Position numbers and translations under genes: made by a program
Shown: one piece after another, positions 17,961-26,949 of the stretch
Numbering within the stretch: position 1 is the first letter of the stretch
Layout: every line of letters begins with the position of its first letter
Origin: a virus
IMG/VR virus record: IMGVR_UViG_3300037137_001673
Span: 11,971-75,970 of that record
Strand: one strand, 5' to 3'
Length of the DNA: 64,000 nt
The notes under the pieces: generated by a model
What the model was told of the DNA's origin: nothing
Databases searched by the model: none
The model's input: the letters and a program-made list of their open reading frames with translations, nothing else

Positions 17961-20900
17961 TGGTTTAGGAAAATTTCCATTTAAAAGTTCTTGGTTTACT
18001 ACTACCGAAATAATTAATGATGATGATTTTTGCGATATAGATCATCCATTAAAAAATATATTACAGACCTTCCTATTTGGTGCAGAGGCTGTATATAAAA
18101 CTTATAATGCTACTGGAAGTTCTGTTACTTCTGGACTTGCTACTACTTCTGTAGATACTAAAAACTTTATATATAATGCTACTGGAAGTTCATCAACCTC
18201 TGGTTCTGCAGATAAATATCGCTGGTCTAATTATACAGGATCAGGAACTGCAACTACTTCTGGACTTGCTACTACTTCTAAAACTACAAATACAAAAGAA
18301 ACTATCTCTACTTTAAAAGCTAAAGGCGTTCTTTTTGGAACATTAGCTTCTACTCAAAAAAGTGTTACTCTTAACCAAGTTACAATACTTACAGGTAAAG
18401 GAAAACTTTACGAACCTACCGTAAAAGTTAATTACAGCTACAACGCAACTGGAAGAGTTAATACTTCTGGATTTGCTAATAAAGTTGGTACTTGGCAAGT
18501 TGCCTATTTACCAAGAAATTTCTTCCCTATTTATATTCCTAGAAATTATTTTACAGATATTTATGAAAGACTTTGTTTTGGATTTGGTTCTATAATTACT
18601 TCTGGAATTGCTACTACTTCTAAAACTGATGCTGCTGCTTCTAATTTCACTTATAACGCCACTGGAAGTTCATCAACCTCTGGTTCTGCAGATAAATATC
18701 GCTGGTCTAATTATACAGGATCAGGAACTGCAACTACTTCTGGTTCAGCAGATAAATATCGCTGGTCTAATTATACTGGAAGTGGAACTGTAACTACTTC
18801 TGGGCTTGCTACTACTCAAAGAGATTTTACTTATAATCCAACTGGAACTGCAACTACTTCTGGACTTGCTACTACTTCTATAGGAACAAAGAATTTTATT
18901 TATAACGCTACTGGAAGTTCATCAACTTCTGGTTCTGCAGATAAATATCGCTGGTCTAATTATACTGGAAGTGGAACTGTAACTACTTCTGGATTTACTA
19001 CTACTCAAAGAGATTTTACTTATAACGCTACTGGAACTGCAACTACTTCTGGTTCTGCAGATAAATATCGCTGGTCTAATTATACAGGATCAGGAACTGC
19101 AACTACTTCTGGTTCAGCAGATAAATATCGCTGGTCTAATTATACTGGAAGTGGAACTGTAACTACTTCTGGACTTGCTACTACTTCTGCAGATACAAAG
19201 AATTTCATTTATAACGCTACTGGAACTGCAACTACTTCTGGACTTGCTACTACTGAAGGTGCCACTACTCTTTCATATTTTGGCTATCAGGATGGAACAG
19301 ATCAATTATCCATAGGAGCAGCACTTGCTAGAAAAGGAGCAGGATATGTTTGTCCTGGAACTGGATCGCAAGCAGTAAAAGAACTTTCTGTGCAAATTAT
19401 TTCTGGAACTACTAATATTAGATTAGGTATTTATAATGTAGCTGGAAATCTTATTTTACAGACTTCTAAAAAATCAACTACTGGACCTGGTTGGCTATCT
19501 TGGAATGAAAATGAATTAACTTGGTTTATTCAATCAACTATAATTGGTGGAACTACTTATAAACTTGCAATTGCTAATGATGAAACTTTTGTTATTGCTG
19601 GAAACTCAAGTGCGGGAACACTAAATTATAATTTAGGAGATTATACAGCAGCTCTACCAGATCCAGAACCAGCTAGTAGTACTACTGGAGGTGAATATAA
19701 TATAAAGTGTGGAGTTACTTCTACTGATTATACAATGGCTTGTGCTGGTTCTGGAACTGCAACTACTTCTGGGCTTGCTACTACTTCTGTAGATACAAAG
19801 AATTTCATTTATAACGCCACTGGAAGTTCTGTTACTTCTGGACTTGCTACTACTTCTGTAGATACTAAAAACTTTATATATAATGCTACTGGAAGTTCAT
19901 CAACCTCTGGTTCTGCAGATAAATATCGCTGGTCTAATTATACAGGATCAGGAACTGCAACTACTTCTGGACTTGGTTCTGTTTCATTAGATACTAAGAA
20001 TTTTACTTATAATGCAACTGGAAGTTCAACTACTTCTGGTTCTGCAGATAAATATCGCTGGTCTAATTATACAGGATCAGGAACTGCAACTACTTCTGGA
20101 CTTGCTACTACTGAAGGTGCGATTTATACCAAAACTTACGATCCAATTGGAAGTTCAACTACCTCTGGACTTGCTACTACTTCTGTAGATACAAAGAATT
20201 TCATTTATAATGCTGTTGGAAGTTCATCAACTTCTGGTTCTGCAGATAAATATCGCTGGTCTAATTATACTGGAAGTGGAACTGTAACTACTTCTGGATT
20301 TACTACTACTCAAAGAGATTTTACTTATAACGCTACTGGAAGTTCATCAACTTCTGGACTTGCTACTACTTCTGTAGATACTAAAAACTTTATTTATAAC
20401 GCTACTGGAACTGCAACTACTTCTGGTTCTGCAGATAAATATCGCTGGTCTAATTATACTGGAAGTGGAACTGCAACTACTTCTGGGCTTGGTTCTGTTT
20501 CATTAGATACTAAGAATTTTACTTATAATGCAACTGGAAGTTCAACTACTTCTAAATTTGCTCCTACTTCATTAGATACTAAAAACTTTATTTATAATGC
20601 TACTGGAAGTTCTGTTACTTCTGGGCTTGCCACTACTTCTATAGGAACAAAGAATTTTATATATAATGCTACTGGAAGTTCATCAACTTCTGGTACTGCA
20701 GATAAATACCATTGGTCTAATTATACAGGTTCTGGAACTGTAACTACTTCTGGTAGTGCTGATTATATAGGTCCAGCTAGAATTTATAATACTACTGGAG
20801 GAATATTAACTTCTGGAACTGCTAATTATGTAGTACCAAAATTTATATTTATAGCAACAGCACAGGGAGTTGTCGATGAATATACTACTACAGTAGATTG

Positions 20901-23900
20901 TTCTACTACTTTAAATATTCAGGAAGGTGATTTACTTGTAGCGACAAGTAGGTGGTATCCATCTACCTTATGGTCATCAGTTGCAGAAATTGGAGGTGCT
21001 AATAATTTCACATTGCTAATATTGCTTAATAATGGAGCTAGCAATCATTACGAACAGATTGGTTATAAAATTGCTGCTACTGCCAATGTTGCCGCTACAA
21101 TTAGAGCAACTTGGAACGCGAATACTTTTTGGAAAAATTTAATTGTTTTTCAGTTTAGACCTGCCCCTGGTTATTCAGTTTCTCTAGATCAAAATGTTAG
21201 CACTGCAAATGATGGATTGACTTGGCAAACACCAAATATTACAACTACCGACTTAGATGAAGTAGTATGTGCGATGGTTGCTCATTACCCATATGAGAAT
21301 TATCCACCTGTTCAAATTGCTGGTACTAATGCCGATCTTTATGTAAATGGTCCTTCTGGTGCTTTTGGTTTAAGCCAATTAAGTTATAGCATCTTTACTA
21401 GTATACAAACTGACATTTATGCTACTGGAACTTTCTCTTATCAGACAGATTTGTGGGGTTGCCAGATAATATCATTTAAGGCACTAGCAGAACATATCTA
21501 CAATCCTACTGGAATTGTAAATACTTCTGGACTTGCTACTACTGTAGGAAATACAAACCCTGTATATATTGCTAATGGAATTGTAAATACTTCTGGACTT
21601 GCTACTACTGAAGAATTTAATGCTTATGTTTATAACGCAACTGGAAGTGTAAATACTACTGGTTTTGCCTCGTTTAGTAGAGATACTATTTACAATGCAA
21701 TTGGAACAGTAAATACTTCTGGATTTGCTATAACTATAGGTTCTATAGCTGGTATATGGAATGCTACAGGAACTGTAAATACTTCTGGATTTGCTACAAC
21801 TGAAGAACTTGATGCTTATATTTGCAATCCAGTAGGAAGTGTAAATACTTCTGGAACTGCACAAATTACTCATAGTAATTACATTTATAATCCTACTGGA
21901 AGCATAATAACTTCTGGATTTGCCTTAGTTTCATCTGTTAGTGTTCCTTTTAGAATGCCTGATTTGATAGGTAAAGGAATTCTTTTTGGAGCACCAGCAA
22001 CTAAAAATAGTGTTACTCTTAATCAAAATACTGCTTTTAAAAGTATAGGAAAAATTTATACTCCTACAGTAGTTATTTATCCTACTCGTATTTATATAGC
22101 AAGAGGTGGAGTTGCTACTTCTGGTATTGCTCGCGTTAATTTTAGAAATTACACTTACAACGCAACTGGAAGTGTAAATACTTCTGGTGTTGCTAGAACT
22201 ATTTTTAAAAATTTTATTTACAATGGAACTGGAAGAGTAAATACTTCTGGTTTTGCTCTAACTATTGGTGCCTATAAACCAATTGGTTACTGGCCTATTT
22301 ACTACTGGGCAATTTACTGGCCTATACATTACTGGCCTGATTCAATGCCTACTGCTAATTATGTTTATGGCGCATTAGGAATTGTAAATACTTCTGGTGT
22401 TGCTGAAACAATTGGTCCTGTTGTTAAAACTTACAGTGCAACTGGAAGAATAAATACTTCTGGTTTTGCTACCACACAACAAGGTTATATCTATAATCCT
22501 ACTGGAAGAGTAAATACTTCTGGTTTTGCAGCAGGAATTATTTTTAATAACTATCAAAATGTCTTTAATGGAACTGGAAGGATAAGTACTTCTGGATTTG
22601 CTTTAACTATAGCAGTTAATGCTCCTTTTAAATTAACTACTTTAATAGGTAAGGGAATTCTTTTTGGAACTTTAGCTGGCACTGATATTTATCTAAAATC
22701 AAATGCAGCATTAAAGAGTTTTGGAAAACTTTACTCACCTATAGTTACTATTACCGCTACAGGTTATACTTATAATCCTACTGGAAGAGTTTTTACTTCT
22801 GGATTTGCTACAACTATAACTTCTGGTTATTCCAAGACTTACAATCCAACAGGAAGGGTATTAACTTCTAAATTTGCTCCTACTTCTGTAGATACTAAAA
22901 ACTTTATTTATAATGCTACTGGAAGTTCATCAACTTCTGGACTAGCAACTACTTTTGTATCTAAAGATTTTATTTATAATGCTACTGGAAGAGTTAATAC
23001 TTCTGGACTAGCAACTACTTTTGTATCTAAAGATTTTATTTATAATGCTATTGGAATTGTAAATACTTCTGGATTTGCCACAATTTTGTTAAGCACTAGA
23101 TACTTTATTTATAGTGCAGAAGTAGCAATTGTTATTACTTCTGGCTTTGCTACAACTTTATTAGTTACAAAAAATTTTGTTTATAATACTTCTGGAACTA
23201 TTTTAACTTCTGGGTTTGCTTCTACAATTGGAAATATAACTGCCACTTATAATCCTACTGGAAGAATAAATACTTCTGGAATTGCTACAACTGTACTAGG
23301 CACTTCTAATCAAATTTATAATCCTACTGGAAGAATAAATACTTCTGGATTTGCTACTATACAACAAGGTTATATTTATAATGTAACTGGAAGAATAAAT
23401 ACTTCTGGATTTGCTACTACTTTATTAAATACTTTGACTCCAGTTTATAACACTACTGGAAGTGTATTAACTTCTGGATTTGCTATAACTTCGTTAAGTA
23501 CAAGAAATTTCACGTATAATACTACTGGAAGAATAAATACTTCTGGAATTGCTACAACTGTACTAGGCACTTCTAATCAAATTTATAATCCTACTGGAAA
23601 AATAAATACTTCTGGACTTGCTACTACTTTAATAAGTTATAAGAACTTTATTTATAACGCAACTGGAATTATAAATACTTCTGGACTTGCTACAACTAAT
23701 AAAAATATTTATTCTCAATCTTATAATGCAACTGGAAGGGTAAATACTTCTGGTTTTGCCCTCGCTTTTGAATTTAATAATTATACTTACGAACCAAAAG
23801 GAAGTTCCACTACTTCTGGATTTGCTAGAACTTTAATAAATGCAAAGAACTTTATTTACAACGCAACTGGAAATATAAATACTTCTGGAACTCTTACTTT

Positions 23901-24699
23901 AGTAATTTCTTTCTTTGTAGTATTTTATGTAGCAATCGGAACAGTAAATACTTCTGGACTTGCTACTACTTTAATAAGTTATAAGAACTTTATTTACAAT
24001 GCAATCGGAACAGTAAATACTTCTGGACTTGCTACAACTTTATTAAATACAAAGAATTTTGTATATAATGGTACCGGAAGAATTCTTACTGCTGGATCTG
24101 CTAGTATAACTACATCTGTATTTATTCAAGCCTATATATCAATAGTAACTATAAGAACTTCTGGTCTTGCTACTACTTTAATAAGCTATAAGAATTTTAT
24201 TTATAACGCAACTGGAATTATAAATACTTCTGGATTTGCTAGAACTACAGAATTTGCTTTATATACTTTTAATACTACTGGAATTATAAATACTTCTGGA
24301 ACAGCACAGTATCAACGAGGATTTATTTATAAAGGAATTGGAATAATTAGAGCTAGTGGTAAAGCAAGTTCAGTTGGTTACATAACTGCTATTTATATAG
24401 GAAGAGGAACAATTAGAACCAGTGGATTTGCTCCTACTGGAAAGAACGAACATTCTTATATAGGAAATGGAATAATTCATACTTCTGGATTTGCTAAAAC
24501 ATCTCGTAAGAGAAAACGCTTTATTTCTTTCACGGAAGTAGTTGGTGACACAAGTATAAATTACTTTAATCTATTTACAGGGAAAGTTAAAGTAGGTTCT
24601 ACAGAAATTAGAAAATTATTAAAGGGAAAAAATTCTGGTAGAGAGGCTGACTTTTCTTATTTTGATGAATGGACCAAAGGCGATGGACGAAAAGAATGA
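17950..24699 (+). CDS. giant Ser/Thr-rich repeat protein, putative fibre scaffold
   Basis: 2249 aa made of many tens of ~19-23-aa units (F.YN[AP]TG...TSG.A.T), with two globular inserts. Confidence 0.75.
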   Translation: MASNGLGKFPFKSSWFTTTEIINDDDFCDIDHPLKNILQTFLFGAEAVYKTYNATGSSVTSGLATTSVDTKNFIYNATGSSSTSGSADKYRWSNYTGSGTATTSGLATTSKTTNTKETISTLKAKGVLFGTLASTQKSVTLNQVTILTGKGKLYEPTVKVNYSYNATGRVNTSGFANKVGTWQVAYLPRNFFPIYIPRNYFTDIYERLCFGFGSIITSGIATTSKTDAAASNFTYNATGSSSTSGSADKYRWSNYTGSGTATTSGSADKYRWSNYTGSGTVTTSGLATTQRDFTYNPTGTATTSGLATTSIGTKNFIYNATGSSSTSGSADKYRWSNYTGSGTVTTSGFTTTQRDFTYNATGTATTSGSADKYRWSNYTGSGTATTSGSADKYRWSNYTGSGTVTTSGLATTSADTKNFIYNATGTATTSGLATTEGATTLSYFGYQDGTDQLSIGAALARKGAGYVCPGTGSQAVKELSVQIISGTTNIRLGIYNVAGNLILQTSKKSTTGPGWLSWNENELTWFIQSTIIGGTTYKLAIANDETFVIAGNSSAGTLNYNLGDYTAALPDPEPASSTTGGEYNIKCGVTSTDYTMACAGSGTATTSGLATTSVDTKNFIYNATGSSVTSGLATTSVDTKNFIYNATGSSSTSGSADKYRWSNYTGSGTATTSGLGSVSLDTKNFTYNATGSSTTSGSADKYRWSNYTGSGTATTSGLATTEGAIYTKTYDPIGSSTTSGLATTSVDTKNFIYNAVGSSSTSGSADKYRWSNYTGSGTVTTSGFTTTQRDFTYNATGSSSTSGLATTSVDTKNFIYNATGTATTSGSADKYRWSNYTGSGTATTSGLGSVSLDTKNFTYNATGSSTTSKFAPTSLDTKNFIYNATGSSVTSGLATTSIGTKNFIYNATGSSSTSGTADKYHWSNYTGSGTVTTSGSADYIGPARIYNTTGGILTSGTANYVVPKFIFIATAQGVVDEYTTTVDCSTTLNIQEGDLLVATSRWYPSTLWSSVAEIGGANNFTLLILLNNGASNHYEQIGYKIAATANVAATIRATWNANTFWKNLIVFQFRPAPGYSVSLDQNVSTANDGLTWQTPNITTTDLDEVVCAMVAHYPYENYPPVQIAGTNADLYVNGPSGAFGLSQLSYSIFTSIQTDIYATGTFSYQTDLWGCQIISFKALAEHIYNPTGIVNTSGLATTVGNTNPVYIANGIVNTSGLATTEEFNAYVYNATGSVNTTGFASFSRDTIYNAIGTVNTSGFAITIGSIAGIWNATGTVNTSGFATTEELDAYICNPVGSVNTSGTAQITHSNYIYNPTGSIITSGFALVSSVSVPFRMPDLIGKGILFGAPATKNSVTLNQNTAFKSIGKIYTPTVVIYPTRIYIARGGVATSGIARVNFRNYTYNATGSVNTSGVARTIFKNFIYNGTGRVNTSGFALTIGAYKPIGYWPIYYWAIYWPIHYWPDSMPTANYVYGALGIVNTSGVAETIGPVVKTYSATGRINTSGFATTQQGYIYNPTGRVNTSGFAAGIIFNNYQNVFNGTGRISTSGFALTIAVNAPFKLTTLIGKGILFGTLAGTDIYLKSNAALKSFGKLYSPIVTITATGYTYNPTGRVFTSGFATTITSGYSKTYNPTGRVLTSKFAPTSVDTKNFIYNATGSSSTSGLATTFVSKDFIYNATGRVNTSGLATTFVSKDFIYNAIGIVNTSGFATILLSTRYFIYSAEVAIVITSGFATTLLVTKNFVYNTSGTILTSGFASTIGNITATYNPTGRINTSGIATTVLGTSNQIYNPTGRINTSGFATIQQGYIYNVTGRINTSGFATTLLNTLTPVYNTTGSVLTSGFAITSLSTRNFTYNTTGRINTSGIATTVLGTSNQIYNPTGKINTSGLATTLISYKNFIYNATGIINTSGLATTNKNIYSQSYNATGRVNTSGFALAFEFNNYTYEPKGSSTTSGFARTLINAKNFIYNATGNINTSGTLTLVISFFVVFYVAIGTVNTSGLATTLISYKNFIYNAIGTVNTSGLATTLLNTKNFVYNGTGRILTAGSASITTSVFIQAYISIVTIRTSGLATTLISYKNFIYNATGIINTSGFARTTEFALYTFNTTGIINTSGTAQYQRGFIYKGIGIIRASGKASSVGYITAIYIGRGTIRTSGFAPTGKNEHSYIGNGIIHTSGFAKTSRKRKRFISFTEVVGDTSINYFNLFTGKVKVGSTEIRKLLKGKNSGREADFSYFDEWTKGDGRKE
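18100..20760 (+). repeat. near-identical in-frame coding repeats
   Basis: Recurrent GCAGATAAATATCGCTGGTCTAATTATAC and ACTACTTCTGGACTTGCTACTACT blocks. Confidence 0.9.
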
Positions 24700-24717
24700 T
24701 AAAAGGAATTAAGTAAT

Positions 24718-25515
24718 ATGTTGGACTGGATAAACTTTATCAATCAGGCATATATTAATTTTTCAGCACCTCAACTAAAAATCTTTAAGCTGGATAAAGT
24801 AAGAACACAAAAAGACCCAGTTTATGTAGAAGAACAATTTTCTAGGATTTTTCTACCACCTTTTAACATTAGAGGATTTCATTTAGACAACACTTGGAAA
24901 CAATTACTTGGTGGATTGATGCCTTACCGAGAAGAAGAAGACAACATACAATTTGTAATAAATTTTCAAAATATGGTACAGACAATTCGTAAATTAAAAT
25001 ATATGCATGTTGCTGAAATTCATATTACTTATACTGGTAAAGGAATTCCTTTCGCTTCTAATTTAAATGGACTTTTCTTAATTAAAGTTGATGGAATTAT
25101 TGTTGGAAGTTTCTCACTTGATTATATAGCATATAATACTATCACTAAATTAGGAACAGCAATTGGTGATTTAACCAACTTCACAGTAACTTTAACAGGA
25201 CAAAATGATGCTAGTTTAAATCTTGTTGATTTTGCGGAAATAAATTTTAAAAATAGAGAACTTCTGGTTTATTCTATTGATGGTGCTTATTTAAACATAA
25301 ATGATGTAATTGAAGCTGGAGATTTAGTACTTACAAATAAATGGCGATTGTATGAAGTTCTTAACTGTAACCCTTCAGGGGATATGCTTTGGGATTATGT
25401 AACATACACCCTATCCTGTAATTTAGCAAAATTAGATCAAGCAGTTTTACCTGGAGATTATAATGCACAAATTAAAATTCATCAGTTGAATTTACCTAGG
25501 ACTTTGAGGGAATAG
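24718..25515 (+). CDS. neck / head-closure protein (T4 gp14-like) with internal insert
   Basis: DPVYVEE, IQFVIN...F, EAGDLV...LYEV...YTLSC pattern; lies before the gp15-like and sheath genes. Confidence 0.65.
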   Translation: MLDWINFINQAYINFSAPQLKIFKLDKVRTQKDPVYVEEQFSRIFLPPFNIRGFHLDNTWKQLLGGLMPYREEEDNIQFVINFQNMVQTIRKLKYMHVAEIHITYTGKGIPFASNLNGLFLIKVDGIIVGSFSLDYIAYNTITKLGTAIGDLTNFTVTLTGQNDASLNLVDFAEINFKNRELLVYSIDGAYLNINDVIEAGDLVLTNKWRLYEVLNCNPSGDMLWDYVTYTLSCNLAKLDQAVLPGDYNAQIKIHQLNLPRTLRE

Positions 25516-25516
25516 T

Positions 25517-26137
25517 ATGGCAGAACGACTAGAACACTTTATGATGCGTAACTATAGTAAAGCAATAAAAGAATGGTTGGAGAAAACTGTTTCTCTATCC
25601 CGTTACCCAAATAACCAGAATGTTCAAGTTACTTACATGACACCAGAAAGAGCATTTGCTAAATACCTTTATCCAGTAGTGAATGGACAAAATGTTGCAC
25701 CAATAATTACTTTTATGCTAATTGATTTCACTTATGGAGAAAATGAAAATTCTCTAGGATTTACAAATGATGTTATTCGTTATACAAATTCTAAAGTAGT
25801 AAGATATGTTAAACCTTTGCTAGTTTATAAACTCAATTATCAACTTTCCATAAATACAATTATGCAATCCGATTGTGATGTTATGATGTATCAAATAATG
25901 AGTAATGCTTCTAAAAATAGAAAAGCAGCAGTAGCAGTAGACGGGCAGTGGGCAGAAATAATGGCTGGAAATCCTCGAAATGAAATAGCACTTGAACCCG
26001 GAGATGCTCAAGATAAAATTTGTAGATATGGGATGGATTTAACAATTCCAAGGGCTTACTTACCAAGAGATTTCTTTGAGCGTTCACCTATACTTTCTAG
26101 CGACTTTGATGTTGAAACAGTTACAGATATCACATAG
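25517..26137 (+). CDS. tail terminator / sheath stabiliser (T4 gp15-like)
   Basis: V.YMTPERAF, P.ITF, PLLVYKLNYQLSI; gene order. Confidence 0.6.
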   Translation: MAERLEHFMMRNYSKAIKEWLEKTVSLSRYPNNQNVQVTYMTPERAFAKYLYPVVNGQNVAPIITFMLIDFTYGENENSLGFTNDVIRYTNSKVVRYVKPLLVYKLNYQLSINTIMQSDCDVMMYQIMSNASKNRKAAVAVDGQWAEIMAGNPRNEIALEPGDAQDKICRYGMDLTIPRAYLPRDFFERSPILSSDFDVETVTDIT

Positions 26138-26159
26138 ATGATAAAGAAGGTATTTATAT

Positions 26160-26645
26160 TTGGGAACAATTTATATACTAGAAAATAAAGTTAATGGTAA
26201 GTATTACGTAGGGCAAACTACTCAAGTATTTTATAAAAGAATGCGAGAACATTGTAAAAATAAAAAATTTTATATTGGGAATGCTTTAAGGAAATATGGA
26301 GAAGAGAATTTTTCCAAATTACTTCTTGAGAATGTTCCAGATGAAGAACTTAATTACTGGGAAATTCATTATATACAAGAATGTAATTCTGTTTCTCCAT
26401 TTGGGTATAATTTAACCTATGGTGGAGAAAGTGGAAGAAAATCAGAAGAAACTAGAAAGAAAATGAGTGAAGAACATAAAGGTGAAAAAAATCATATGTT
26501 TGGAAAACATCCTACAGAAGAATATAAAAAGAAATTGAGTGAAGCACATAAAGGACAAATTCCTTGGAATAAAGGAAAGCGTTATACAGAAGAAGATAAA
26601 TTAAAAATGAGTCGTTACAAAAAAACCGTTGTTTCTATTACATAG
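26160..26645 (+). CDS. GIY-YIG homing endonuclease (short)
   Basis: GTIYILENK...YVGQT, GYNLTYGG, NUMOD3-like tail; TTG start. Confidence 0.85.
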   Translation: MGTIYILENKVNGKYYVGQTTQVFYKRMREHCKNKKFYIGNALRKYGEENFSKLLLENVPDEELNYWEIHYIQECNSVSPFGYNLTYGGESGRKSEETRKKMSEEHKGEKNHMFGKHPTEEYKKKLSEAHKGQIPWNKGKRYTEEDKLKMSRYKKTVVSIT

Positions 26646-26647
26646 AT

Positions 26648-26833
26648 ATGAGTATGCAGTATAAAATTAGTAATTTAACATATCAAAGTATAAGAGTTTT
26701 CATTGAAAACAAGGAGTATATAATTCCTGGAAGGAATGATGTGATAGAAAATTTTATTACAGTGGAAGCAATTAATGAAGATGTTAAAAATCTAGCCACA
26801 AAAGGTCTATTAAAGTATAAACAACTAAAATAG
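26648..26833 (+). CDS. small conserved-looking late protein
   Basis: 61 aa between the gp15-like and sheath genes. Confidence 0.6.
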   Translation: MSMQYKISNLTYQSIRVFIENKEYIIPGRNDVIENFITVEAINEDVKNLATKGLLKYKQLK

Positions 26834-26949
26834 TTCCTACCTATAATTCTACGAAGACAAGGCGGTTTTTGTGTCACCATGTTTTTGTCAATAAATGCCT
26901 TTTTCTCCAATGTAAAGATAAAGAAGTATTTTAAATAGGAGGAAATGAT

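Noticed and set aside
18100-24500. CRISPR array
   Set aside because: Repeats are in-frame coding units with synonymous variation and no unique spacers; no cas genes
5260-26645. Group I introns housing the GIY-YIG genes
   Set aside because: Flanking genes are complete, with own starts and stops, and no intron core was recognised
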